Positions 51,251-64,000 of a stretch of 64,000 nucleotides of DNA are shown in pieces. The translations under genes and the position numbers were made by a program. This DNA comes from Octopus sinensis (Eukaryota): contig NC_043024.1 of assembly GCF_006345805.1 (NCBI RefSeq), positions 8,804,001-8,868,000 of the forward strand, written 5' to 3'. Within the stretch, counting starts at the first letter, position 1. Each line of letters opens with the position of its first letter. Below the pieces are notes generated by a model. It did not search any database and was not told the origin of the DNA. It worked only from the letters and a program-made list of their open reading frames with translations.

Positions 51251-51503
51251 TATATTAAACTTGATGCATCATCTGGTTTACTACTACTACTACTACTACC
51301 TGGCACCTTGGGTGCCTTTAATGATGTCAACTTTAATACAAGCATTTGAGCCATGTCTGTGGATTGAGGATATCCTCTTCCCACCTCCCTATCAGTCTTG
51401 GTTGCCCTATAAAGGGCCATGGTACTGCCCTTTCCACCTGACTGATAATATGAAAAAAAATAATACAATTTTAACCGTGGAGTTCAGCAGAAGACAATCT
51501 TAC

Positions 51504-51624
51504 CTTCAAATGGTCCTCAACATCAGCTAAGGACTGATCAGTCCAATCAAGGGTTCCGGCCAAGCTGTAGGCATTCTTCACGACACAGACAAGGTGATTC
51601 AGGGATAATACAAGGGCTGTACAC
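51504..51624 (-). CDS. TMEM98: TMEM98 coding exon 4
   Basis: ttatag|...|gtaaga; (R)CTALVLSLNHLVCVVKNAYSLAGTLDWTDQSLADVEDHLK; 121 nt, phase 2 to 0. Confidence 0.95.
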
Positions 51625-54069
51625 CTATAAACATAAATTTGAAGAATTTGACTTTCGGCAGGTTGCAAAGTAAGAGAGGCTATGAATAATCTATTATATA
51701 TTTATTTGTAAACCTACATAGGAGTGGTGCAGGAGTGGCTGTGTGGTAAGTAGCCTGCTTACCAACCACATGGTTCCCGGTTCAGTCCCACTGTGTGGCA
51801 CCTTGGGCAAGTGTCTTCCACTATAGCCTCGGGCCAACCAAAGCCTTGTGAGTGGATTTGGTAGACGGAAACTGAAAGAAACCCGTCGTATATATGTATA
51901 TATATGTAGGAGTGGCTGTGTGGTAAGTAGCTTGCTTACCAACCACATGGTTCCGGGTTCAGTCCCACTGCGTGGCACCTTGGGCAAGTGTCTTCCAATA
52001 TAGCCTCGGGCCGACCAAAGCCTTGTGAGTGGATTTGGTAGACGGAAACTGAAAGAAGCCCATCGTATATATGTATATATATATATATATGTGTGTGCAT
52101 GTATGTTTGTGTGTCTGTATTTGTCCCCCTAGCATTGCTTGACAACCAATGCTGGTGTGTTTATGTCCCCATCACTTAGCAGTTCGGCAAAAGAGACCGA
52201 TAGAATAAGTACTGGGCTTACAAAGAATAAGTCCCGGGGTCGAGTAAATGTAAGTAAAAGTAAAGTAAAGTCTGACTCATGGATACTCTTACTCTTTACT
52301 GTTTTACTTGTTTCAGTCATTTGACTGCGGTCATGCTGGAGCACCGCCTTTACTCGAGCAACTCGACCCTGGGACTTATTCTTTTGTAAGCCCAGTACTT
52401 ATTCTATCGGTCTCTTTTGCCGAACCGCTAAGTAACGGGGACGTAAACACACCAGCATCGGTTGTCAAGCAATGCTAGGGGGACAAACACAGACACACAA
52501 ACACATATATATATACATACATATATACGATGGGCTTCTTTCAGTTTCCGTCTACCAAATCCACTCACAAGGCTTTGGTCGACCCGAGGCTATAGTAGAA
52601 GACACTTGCCCAAGGTGCCACGCAGTGGGACTGAACCCGGAACCATGTGGTTGGGAGGCAGGCTACTGACCACACAGCCACTCCTACGCCTATGTTTGGT
52701 TTTTATACAAAGCATTCATATGATAGGCAGAGATTTTGACAATTTTTCCAGGTCATCAAGGCTTGTGAAGAGAAAGGAGAAAAAGTGGTTATTGTTAAGC
52801 TCTACACCTGGCCTGGATTCATGCAACAGAGGCATCAAGGTGACTTGTTTGTGCCACCCATCACAACCCTGGAGATAATATAATATAACGAAATTATTGT
52901 ATACAGTGCTCAGGTGCACCACAACTTGTCAAAATTGCATATAAAGTATATGCAGTAATGTAAAAATGTCTGGAAAGGGAACAGTGTATGAGTTAGATAC
53001 ATGCTTGCGTGTGTATGGAGGGGAGAAAATCAATAAGATGTCCTGGGAAAGCTAAAGAAGAAACCTCAAAAAGGTATTTATTGGGATTCATAATGACAAC
53101 ATACTAAGAAAGATGACTGGAAAATAACTGTTTGCCTTCAGATCATTGCTTAATGCATAGATGAACGGTAATTCATTAAAACACTGGAAGATTGATGAAG
53201 TATTAGGTAAATCAAACAGCATCGTGAGGAATTCAAATAGACTAAAAGGTGTTGTAATGGTCAATAATAACGAGGTATAAACAGTAGCTGCACGACAATG
53301 TGAAGTATATTTGCCACTTAAATGTGGCTAACCACTAAGGGTGGAGGCTACTGTAGCTTGTAGCCCCAAAAGAACATCTTCTCCAGCTGGCTATTGACAC
53401 ACTTTCCGTGCCCTATCAGTATTTGCAAAGGGAAGAAGCCATCCTTCCCATTGTCGACCTGATGTTATACGCACGGACCCGGATTTCTGGGTATTTACTC
53501 ATCATCAGCGCATGACAATCACCGGTCTTCGATGCGAAGGGGTCCCAATACAAATATATGTATCCTTTTTCCAGTGACGAAAAGTCACTGATCTGGAAAA
53601 AGTGTAAACAAGCAATAATAAATCTCTGAACAAGGTACGTCTGGCTGTTGTACTCTTTCGCCCCAACTTTCTCTCACTCTTTCTTTCTGTTTCTTGAGTA
53701 ACACTGCAATGGGCTGGCGTCCCATCCAGCTGGGGGGAACACATACGCCATAGAAACCGGGAAACCGGGCCTATGAGCCTGGCTAGGCATGAAAAGGGCG
53801 CATAAATAAATAAAAAAACATGTCCCTTCAATGACATCAACGATGAATAAATGGTGGAACTTTGAGGTGATCCCTTAACCAGTAAGAAACAGTGGCCTAA
53901 AATCTCCCTGAAATCACATCCTTCCATCATCTTAAAAGGATACTTTGAATGATGTTGTACAGACAGGTTAGTCAAGGGTAGTAAATCTGATCTCACCTGG
54001 ACTGGGGCCAAACAATAATAACATTAAAAAAAATTAAGGAGCAGAGAAAAGAACAAGAAATTCACAGAC

Positions 54070-54279
54070 CTGGCTTCAAGTAGACGGGGATCAAGTGGTG
54101 GGTACATGGAACGAACAACATCATCGACCCGTGGGCAAATCCGTTTTGTCACAGCCACTATGTCATTCATCGATTCTACAGTGTGAATCTGCTGGGAGCT
54201 GCTCATTGCCATGGCAACCAGTTTGTTTGTGAGGTAATGACACGTCTTCAGTATGGCAATGCAATGAGGCACCAAACCA
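54070..54279 (-). CDS. TMEM98: TMEM98 coding exon 3
   Basis: tgccag|...|gtctgt; GLVPHCIAILKTCHYLTNKLVAMAM...KRICPRVDDVVRSMYPPLDPRLLEA, diagnostic TMEM98 core; 210 nt. Confidence 0.97.
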
Positions 54280-54487
54280 CTGGCAATGTCAACAACCGTA
54301 ACCGAGATAAAAGTAGAAGAAAAGTGAAAGTGAATGTATTACAGGTACGCTTCATACCTTCCATGTTTATATGTATTTCAACACACGTTTACATGCATCA
54401 TATAATCTTCCTTAAACTCAAGAAGAAAACATTTCCTAGGCCAACAGAGGTAACAGCTCTCTAAATTTCCTTCATCTTATTCTAGCT

Positions 54488-54873
54488 GGAAGCTCTCCGT
54501 CGGTTACAACGATGAGGGTTCCGGTTGATCCGAATCAACGGAACAGCCAGCTCGTAAAATTAACGTGTAAGTGGCTGAGCACTCCACAGACACGTGCACC
54601 CTTAACGTAGTTCTCGGGGATATTCAGCATGACACAGAAAGTGACAAGGCTGGCCCCTTGAAATACAGGTACAACAGAAACAGGAAGTAAGAGTGAGAGA
54701 AAGTTGTGGTGAAAGAGTACAGCAGGGATCACCACCATCCCTTGCCGGAGCCTCGTGGAGCTTTTAGGTGTTTTCGCTCAATAAACACTCACAACACCCG
54801 GTCTGGGAATCGAAACCGCGATCCTATGACCATGAGTCCGCTGCCCTAACCACTGGGCCATTGCGCCTCCACG
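54488..54873 (-). mobile_element. SINE family B, full length with 10-bp TSD
   Basis: Flanked by tattctagct at 54478-54487 and 54874-54883; in TMEM98 intron 2. Confidence 0.9.
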
Positions 54874-55590
54874 TATTCTAGCTATCGCACTCATGTATAT
54901 ATACAAATACAATCGGATCTTTTCCTTTTGAACGGCAGTTTTCAACACAATTTCTAGTTAACTAAACACTTTTAAACTTCGTATACTGATAGAATGTGTC
55001 AAAATAAAACATTTTTTTTCTCTTGGCTTTCTTGAGAAAATTGTAATTTGTAAGTTTAACGTAGTTTAATTTTTCGAATTTTAACCAATCCTATCACCTC
55101 TATTGAGCTGAAATCATTTGCTGCGTCTAAAACAGACAACATCCTGTCACTAACCCTAACCCTCACATAGGACGTCCCAGAAAAAAACTTAAAATGCCCC
55201 CCCCCCCTGAAGTAGAGGTAGGCTGGATTGTAGCCACACTTCTATACAAGAGGGAAGACAAGATACAATTGATCAAAATTACAAGAGACGGGCTAGCAAT
55301 TTCAGTCTGTTATACATTTTGAGTATTGTTATCACGAGTGATATCAAGATATAACTTTGTATTTTGTATTTTATGTGTAGATGTATATATATAGATGTAC
55401 ATGTAATATGCACACATATATATACACATATATACATGCACTAGCACTATGACCCGGGAACGATGGGTCATAATGCTAGTATATATATATATCCTCTCTT
55501 AATTTCCTTATTGAGATTCTTACTTTTTCACTCCTCTCTCTCTCTTTGTGGCCTCCTCTACCTAACTTCTCTCTCTCTCTCTCCCTCCCT

Positions 55591-55633
<43 letters not shown>

Positions 55634-55641
55634 ATACTTAC

Positions 55642-55794
55642 GTAGCATCTTCAATATAGTGCTCGTCTCGTAGAACCTCCTCCAGCTTAGTATTGAGAAA
55701 ATCAATGTCATCCAGTTCTACCGTGTTGGCTTCTGGATCCATCTGATCACCACCACCGCCACTGCCCAATGTCCGAAGTAGCTGGACACTGGGG
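55642..55794 (-). CDS. TMEM98: TMEM98 coding exon 2
   Basis: ttgcag|...|gtaagt; PSVQLLRTLGSGGGGDQMDPEANTVELDDIDFLNTKLEEVLRDEHYIEDA (cf. ELDD...IE.IL..E.WIEDA in TMEM98); 153 nt, phase 2 to 2. Confidence 0.92.
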
Positions 55795-56714
55795 CTGCAA
55801 ACAACAGAGAATGGACAACATTAACATAGGGAGAAAAAGGAAGAGAAAAAAAAGAATTTAAAAAAAAGGCGCAGGAGTGGCTGTGTGGTAAGTGGCTTGT
55901 TTACCAATCACATGGTTCCGGGTTCAGTCCCACTGCATGACACCTTGGGTAAGTGTCTTCTGCTATAGCCCCGGGCCGACCAAAGCCTTGTGAGTGGATT
56001 TGGTAGACGGAAACTGAAAGAAGCCCGTCGTATATGTAGGAGTGGCTGTGTGGTAAGTGGTTTGTTTACCAACCACATGTTTCCGGGTTCAGTCCCACTG
56101 CGTGGCACCTTGGGCAAGTGTCTTCTACTATAGCCTCGGGCCGACCAAAGCCTTGTGAGTGGATTTGGTAGACGGAAACTGAAAGAAGCCTGTCGTATAT
56201 GTAGGAGTGGCTGTGTGGTAAGTAGCTTGTTTACCAACCACACGGTTCTGGGTTCAGTCCCACTGTGTGGAACCTTGGGCAAGTGTCTTCTACCAAAGCC
56301 TTGTGAGTGGACTTGGTAGACGGAAACTGAAAAGAAGCCCGTCGTATATATGTATATATATATATGTGTGTGTTTGTGTGTCTGTGTTTGTCCCCCTAGC
56401 ATTGCTGGTGTGTTTACATCCCCGTCACTTAGCGGTTCAGCAAAAGAGACCGATAGAATAAGTACTGGGCTTACAAAGAATAAGTCCCGGGGTCGAGTTG
56501 CTTGATTAAAAGGCGGTGCTCCAGCATGGCCACGGTCAGATGACTGAAACAAGTAAAAGAGAGAGAGAGAGCAACCCCCAATATCAGCAGTGGGGGCCCG
56601 ACAGCATATGCTAGTTTACCCCCGCTGCATCATGCTAGTTCTGTACCCCTTTGAGCAACATCAAATTCCCTCATCCATCCTGGGTATAACTATGATTTGT
56701 TATAGACTGCAGGA

Positions 56715-57270
56715 TATCAATCGTCTGGAAGCCGTTCAGCGACGTGCAACCAAAAGAATACCCTCCATCAGGTATTTGCCATATTCTGAACGCCTTACTT
56801 CCCTAGGCATGGATACATTGAAACTCCGACTTCTGGCAGCTGACTTGGCAGACACCCATAAAATTATCAACCATCTTACAAACAATAACTCTGACCACCT
56901 TTTCAAACTCCACCTGTCAAACACTCGTGGACATGTTTACAAAGTCAGAAAACAGCACAGCTCCCATGACTTTAGGAAACATTTTTTCACGCTGAGAGTT
57001 GCTGAAGCATGGAACAAACTGCCAGCATCAGTTGTTAGTTGTCGGAGCACTGCATCCTTCAAAACTTCCATGCTTCCTGAGATTTGCCAACACTACACCT
57101 GATTTTCTCCCCTCCATACACACGCAAGCATGTATCTAATTCATACACTGTTCACTTCCCAGACATTTGTACATTACTGCATATGCTTTATATGCACTTT
57201 CTGACAAGTTGTGGTGCACCTGAGCACTGTATACAATAATTACATTATTATTATTATTATTATTATTATT
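56715..57270 (+). mobile_element. CR1-type 3' fragment with (ATT)n tail
   Basis: Same family as 50385-51250; further pieces at 38461-38725 (-) and 52885-53030 (-). Confidence 0.85.
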
Positions 57271-57858
57271 ATAACAGCCACGGGGCATGCATGGGCCGGA
57301 AGCACATGCGGGGTGTTCGATGAGAGAAGGCAGCATGCAAGGGCATGTTACTTCTTGAGAGTGATCGCTTATCCCGCCTAGGTCAATAGGTAAGGTCTGT
57401 GTATTTCTTTTTCCCGTTTGCTTCATTTTCTGTTGTCTTTTTCATCCATCACACTACATCTGGTAGTGGGACCCTGGGGCCCAGGTTTCAGGGTTTGAGG
57501 AGTGTGGAACCACCTCTTAGCCACTATTGTTCCCAGGTCTACTCTGGCCTGGATTGGTAGCACCTGTAAAAGGTCCCTGCGACTGGCGCGCGGGAGGTCA
57601 GTAGAATGCAGTCACCATATTCCCTGTATGGCGTAAAAGGCAACTTAAAGGGGCTGGAACAAGAGGACCAGGAATCCTCTCCTCCTAGTAAATCCATATT
57701 CCTAAAAAGGCAGCAAGTAGCTCTTGATACCTGCTAGAACGAAAGGATGGTCCGGCTGGAATGAATTTGATCGGAACTTTACCAATTTAGAGTTAACCCT
57801 GGGCTAAACAACAACACCTCATTCCTGGTCCCAACTCCCAACAATAACAAAAAAAAAA

Positions 57859-58505
57859 GGATCTTTTCCTTTTGAACGGCAGATGTCAACACAATTTCCA
57901 CGTAACTAAACACTTTTAAACTTCGTATACTGGTAGAATGTGTTTATAAAACATCTTTTTCTCTTGGTTTTATTGAGAAAATTCTATAGTTTGTAAGATA
58001 TTTCGTCTGAAAATCCAAGCATTTCGGCAATTTTAACCAATCGATTACCTCCATTCAACTAAAATCATTTGCTGCGTCTAAAACTGAGACAACATCCTGT
58101 AACTAACCCTAAACCTCCCCCCTAACACTAATCCTAAATATTTTTCTTAATTGTTAAATTAATTTAATTCCATTGTTTTAGTTTTTTCTTACACATGTAA
58201 CAGCTAAATTAATTTAACAATTAAGAAAAAAAAATTTAGGGTTAGGGTTAGGGTGAGGTTTAGGGTTAGTGACAGGATGTTGTCTCAGTTTTAGACGCAG
58301 CAAATGATTTTAGCTCAATAGAGAGTATAGGATTGGTTAAAATTCGAAAAATTAAACTACGTTAAACAAACAAATTACAATTTTCTCAAGAAAGCCAAGA
58401 GAAAAAAATGTTTTATTTTGACACATTCTGCCAGTATACGAAGTTTAAAAGTGTTTAGTTAACTAGAAATTGTGTTGAAATCTGGCCTTCAAAAGGAAAA
58501 GATCC
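57859..58505. mobile_element. Fold-back MITE (long inverted arms, same TIR family)
   Basis: ggatcttttcc...ggaaaagatcc; arms inverted over about 280 bp; ends 31 bp from the TMEM98 exon 1 donor. Confidence 0.8.
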
Positions 58506-58536
58506 AAAAAACAAAAAGAACAGGAAAAAAACAAAC

Positions 58537-58682
58537 CTGCTTTCTTTGTGCATCATGGTAATGAGATCAACGTGTCTGCAGTGGCAGTTTTTACAAACCA
58601 CTACCAACGCAACAACCGCTGCAATGGTGATTGCGGCTAGAATACCAATGGCTAGTGCTACCACTGTATTTAAACTCTCCAT
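58537..58682 (-). CDS. TMEM98: TMEM98 coding exon 1 (N-terminal TM segment)
   Basis: MESLNTVVALAIGILAAITIAAVVALVVVCKNCHCRHVDLITMMHKES; donor AG|gtttgt, phase 2; exon acceptor at 58788/58787 implies a further non-coding exon upstream. Confidence 0.92.
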
Positions 58683-58808
58683 TCTTGTTTTGACTAGGTG
58701 GAACTCTGGAACTATCCGGAACCTCTCTCTGAAACTATCGATGTCTTGGGAACTGGTAAGGTCCACAGCGCAATGAGTAAATCATATCTGAAATAGAAAC
58801 AGTAATAT

Positions 58809-58843
<35 letters not shown>

Positions 58844-58846
58844 AAT

Positions 58847-58890
<44 letters not shown>

Positions 58891-59119
58891 TATATAAATA
58901 TATATAAATAAATAAATAAATATAAGTAAATAAATATATAAATATATATATATAAATATATATAAATATATATATAATATATATATAAATAAATAAATAT
59001 ATATAAGTAAATAAATATATATAAATATATATATATAATAAATATATATATTTATAAATAATATATATATATATAGTAGAAATATGTTACAAAAGAAAAT
59101 ATAAAATAAAATATATATA

Positions 59120-59631
59120 TCTATATATATAAAACTCTAGTTGTGTGAGTGTCTGTCCCCTTCGATTTAGATTCCTAACTCCTCCCACATTTTGCGGTGC
59201 AGTTTAACCAAATTCGGGTATCTTATAGTCGTGATTCATATCGAGCCCGTCTGACTATTAGCGCGCGTCAACGATGAGTCTACGATTTTAAAAATAATTT
59301 AACATCATTTTTTATTCCATTTTAATGCATAAAATGCATCGTGTGTCGATGGCGGCGGAGTTGGCGTCCACGCTCACAGCTGCACCTGTTTGCTTCACCC
59401 CCTTCCCTCCCTCGTGAAGCTGTGGGGAAGGGAGTGTAAAGAAATCAACGTCGTAATGCGTTGTGAAGGAAACCAGCGTTCTTTTAGAACAATGATTTCA
59501 TGGCTTGAAGACACCAAAACAGAAATGGCTAAGAAAGCCCGAATTGGCATCTATAAGGGAAGTAACTCTCTAAAAATGCTTATATAGTTATTTCCCTTAC
59601 AAACCCGAGCAACGCCGGGCGATACTGCTAG
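59120..59631 (+). mobile_element. Non-autonomous Helitron (family 1)
   Basis: A|TC start, subterminal hairpin cccgagcaacgccggg, CTAG|T end; 512 bp. Confidence 0.88.
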
Positions 59632-62600
59632 TCTTTATATATAAAAGTGAAGTTGTGTGCTGTCTGTCTCCTCCGATTTAGATTCCTAACTACTCCCACA
59701 TTTTGCGGTGCAGTTTAACCAAAACCGGGTATCTTATAGTCGTGATTCATATCGAGCCCGTCTGGGTATTAGCGCGCGTCTACGATGAGTCTACGATTTT
59801 AAAAATAATTTACCATAATTTTTTTCCATTTTAACGCATATTTTTTTCCCTCCCTCATGAAGCAGTGGGGAAGGCAGGGTAGGGAAATCAACGTCCTAAG
59901 CGTTGTCAAGGAGACCAGCGTTCTTTTAGAACGACGACTTCATGGCTTTGAAGACACCAAAACAGAAATGGCTAAGAAAGCCCGAAAGCAAATTCTACAA
60001 AATCGGGAAACACGCCACACAGGGATGGTTTCCCGTGCAAATAATTTGCACAACCGAATGTTTTAGTTGTTGCACAACTTTTACTTAAAAAATATTATCC
60101 AAACACAAACTTTTGAAGGCAATATTGTATGGCGATGGTACTTGTGAAATATGGTAATGGATTTAGTAGCCAAAAGGAGAGAGCAGAGGCATAGTATAAT
60201 GGTGGTGGTGGAGACGGTGGTAGTGGCAGCGGTGGTGCTGGTAGTGGTGATGGTGGTCGTCGTGTTTGTGGTGGTGGTGGTGGTCGTGGTGGTGGGGGTG
60301 GTGATGATGGTGGTGGTGGTGGTCTTCGTGATGGTGGTGGTGATGGTCATGGTGGTAGTGGTGATGGTGGTGGTGGTGGTGGTGGTGGCTGAAGATGTCG
60401 TCTGGGTTCTTCCAATTTTTTCGTGTGTCGGTGGCGGCGGAGTTGGCGTCCAATGCTCGCACCTGCACCTGTGTAGCTCCTCCCCTTCTTCCCTCCTTCG
60501 TGAAGCTGTGGGGAAGGCAGGGTAGGGAAATCAACGTCGTAAAACGTTGTCAAGGAGACCAGCCTTCTTTTAGAACAACGACTTCATGGCTTTGAAGTCG
60601 CCAAAACAGAAATTGCTAAAAAAACTGAAACAGATCCACAAAAACGGCAAAAACCGCCACACAGGGCAGGTTTCCTGTGCAAACAATTTGCACAACCGAA
60701 TGTTTTAGTTGTTGCACAAATCTTTATATATGAAAGTGAAGTTGTGTGATGTCTGTCTCCTACGATTTAGATTCCTAACTACTCCCACATTTTGCGGTGC
60801 AGTTTAACCAAAAGCGGGTATCTTATAGTCGTGATTCATATCGAGCCCTTCTGGGTATTAGCGCACGTCTACGATGAGTCTACGATTTAAAAAAAAATTT
60901 ACCATCATTTTTTCCATTTTAATGCATTTTTTGCTCGGTTTATATAAGGGAAGTAACTCTCTAAAAATGTCTACGATGAGTCAACGATTTAAAAAAAAAA
61001 TTACCATCATTTTTTACCATAAAAAAAACAACAACAAATATCTTACAAACTATAGAATATTCTCAATAAAGGCAAGAGAAAAAGATGTTTTATAAACACA
61101 TTCTACCAGTATACGAAGTTTAAAAGTGTTTAGTTACGTGGAAATTATTTTAAAAAACTGCCGTTCAAACCGAAAAGATTCTAAAATGTGAATCTGGTTG
61201 TGTATACAGAAAACAGATTCCATCACATGTCAGAGGAAGAAGCCTATAGTAGTTAATAGCTCCAGCATGGCCACAGTCAAATGACTGAAACACGTAAAAG
61301 AATTTTAAAAAAAGAATAAAAGAATATATGTAGAACTTAGTAAACAACTTTGTAGGTGTTTCTCCTTTCGTTAGTCAGACACAAAAGTGTGACAGAATGT
61401 CTGTTGCTTTTGGTATTATTAGGTTCAGCCATTTTGCTTTGACAATGTAAAGATCAAAAAAGTCCTATTTAAGCTGTTAGTACTTGGGTGTATCAGCATT
61501 TTTTCACAAAAGAATGTAGGTACATTGTAAGTTTAGGTTGGCCATTTCTTTGTTTATTGTTATTTAGGGTATTTCTTGCTTTCATTTGTAAGGCGGGGGT
61601 TATTAAATCAGTCAAATCATGGCTGGCTTTGTTAGTATAGAAAACTGTTTATCGTCTGCTTTTAAGTGCACAAAAAATTTGGGGTAAAATTTGTATGTTT
61701 GTATGTTTCTCTTAAGGTATTCACTGTTCTATAAACAAATTGATTAGTATAGACAGATTTAAACCTTCGTTTTATGGTTGTAGTGTTTGTTTCCAAAAAT
61801 ATCTTCAAATTCTATTCTCTAGATATATATGATAAAGTACGGCTGCTATAAAAGATGTGTAATATATTCTGTATAAAAATGGCGGAAATAAATATTTCTA
61901 TATATAAAGCTGAAGTTGTCTGTGTATGGCAGGTTTGGTAGGGTTGGGTTAGGGTTAGGGGTGGAGGAAGGGTATCTTTTTTTCTTCACAAATGTAAATA
62001 AACCCAATCTGTTTCTTAAACGAGGGACATATTCATACGGCACAGAATGTTTTTTTTTTACCTCAATGGACGTCATTGATTGGTTGAAATTGCAGAAATT
62101 GAAGTAAAAAAAACAACAAATATCTTACAAACTATAGAATTTTCTCAATAAAGCCAAGAGAAAAATGTTTTATTTTGACACATTCTACCAGTATACGAAG
62201 TTTAAAAGTGTTTAGTTATGTGGAAATTATTTTAAAAAAACTGCCGGTCAAACCGAAAAGATCTGTGTTTTCGGATTTTGCGTGTTTTGGAGGTGGATTT
62301 TTCATGTAATAACAAGGACTATGGAGGTGGGGTGGGGGTGATATCTTGACGGTTGCCATAGCAATAAACTATAACTCTATGCATGACCAGGTGGTGATAT
62401 TTCAATTTTAGTATTCTTGTTTCTCTGTGTAGGTGGTAAGTGGTTATGGTCTCGTATTGTGGTAAACGGTGGTTGCGGTGAACTATGTTAGAGGTAGTGG
62501 TGATGGAATCGCTAGGTTAGAACCACCGCCCTTCCTTTTCCACCAAGTAGGCACAGGAGTGACTGTGTGGTAAGTAGCTTGTCTACCAACCGCATGGTTC

Positions 62601-62720
62601 CGGGTTCAGTCCCACTGCGTGGCACCTTGGGTAAGTGTCTTCTACTATAGCCTCGGGCCGACCAAAGGCTTGTGAGTGGATTTGGTAGACGGAAACTGAA
62701 AGGAGCCCGTCGTATATATA

Positions 62721-63364
<644 letters not shown>

Positions 63365-64000
63365 GCGTGTGTGTGTTTGTGTGTCTGTGTTTGTCCCCCT
63401 AGCATTGCTTGACAACCGATGCTGGTGTGTTTATGTCCCCGTCACTTAGCAGTTCGGCAAAAGAGACCGATAGAATAAGTACTGGGCTTACAAAAGAATA
63501 AGTCCCGGGGGGTCGAGTTGCTCGATTAAAGGCGGTGCTCCAGCATGGCCGCAGTCAAATGACTGAAACAAGTAAAAGAGTACTGCACCAGAGCCTCTAT
63601 TAATCACCACCACCATCACACTTTAGGCAAGAATGTACTGGAAAAAATCTGTGGTTTGTATGTTGTGGAGTATGTGTGTTGTGTATATGCGTAAATGTAT
63701 GTATGTGTATGTGTGAAAGGGGAAAAAAGGTGATGGTGTTTGGACATAAGAAGGTAAACCTGCTGTGACAGGTACATACTATTTGTTCTAGGTGTGGTAG
63801 TGGTGATGGTGCTAGTGCTGGTTTATGCTGGTGGTGGTGGTTATGGTGAAACTAGGTAGTGGTAGGAATCCAGAACAGAACAGAACAGAACAGACATCAA
63901 TAGAGAGATATTTTGTTAGTTTAGCAACAAGTTCCTCTCCCCTTTGGACACTTCCACACTCCCATTTCTCTAGTAAAACATTACTCTACACACCTCACCT

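Noticed and set aside
51250-51503. Alternative TMEM98 ending by read-through (VRLSSAELHG*) or a nearby acceptor at about 51440
   Set aside because: The gtaaga donor is strong and exon 49331-49468 supplies the homologous VLKEAS continuation
57600-57660. ccctgtatggcgtaaaaggcaacttaaagggg, reminiscent of retroelement 5' UTR or HDV-like ribozyme ends
   Set aside because: Could not assemble the P1/P2/P3/P1.1 nested pseudoknot by eye
58245-58272. TTAGGG-like runs as a telomere or fusion site
   Set aside because: Only a few units, and they are part of a MITE family's internal sequence

Overview
AT-rich, microsatellite- and repeat-dense eukaryotic DNA. The SINE families look like those of a coleoid cephalopod (Octopus-like); this is inferred from repeat resemblance only. 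There is one 100-N scaffold gap (6956-7055). Two convergent multi-exon genes can be rebuilt with GT-AG sites and consistent phases. (1) A class B1 (secretin-family) GPCR with a PTH-receptor-like N-terminus on the + strand: 12 coding exons, 12358-34850, 578 codons plus stop, signal-peptide exon not found. (2) TMEM98 on the - strand: 5 coding exons, 58682-49331, 255 aa. Between them lies an unexplained intronless 301-aa ORF (42297-43202) with two hydrophobic segments, bounded at both ends by tandem repeats. The rest is transposon debris: several tRNA-derived SINE families, CR1/L2-, RTE-, L1/Tx1-, R4/Dong- and Penelope-type fragments, a 1.2-kb Tc1-like element with DD36E spacing, non-autonomous Helitrons and MITEs. 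The most striking non-coding signals are two consensus-perfect type I hammerhead ribozyme motifs (10513-10612 and 29009-29106, the latter sense within a GPCR intron), several long fold-back repeats next to exons, and a covarying SINE/LINE 3' stem-loop.
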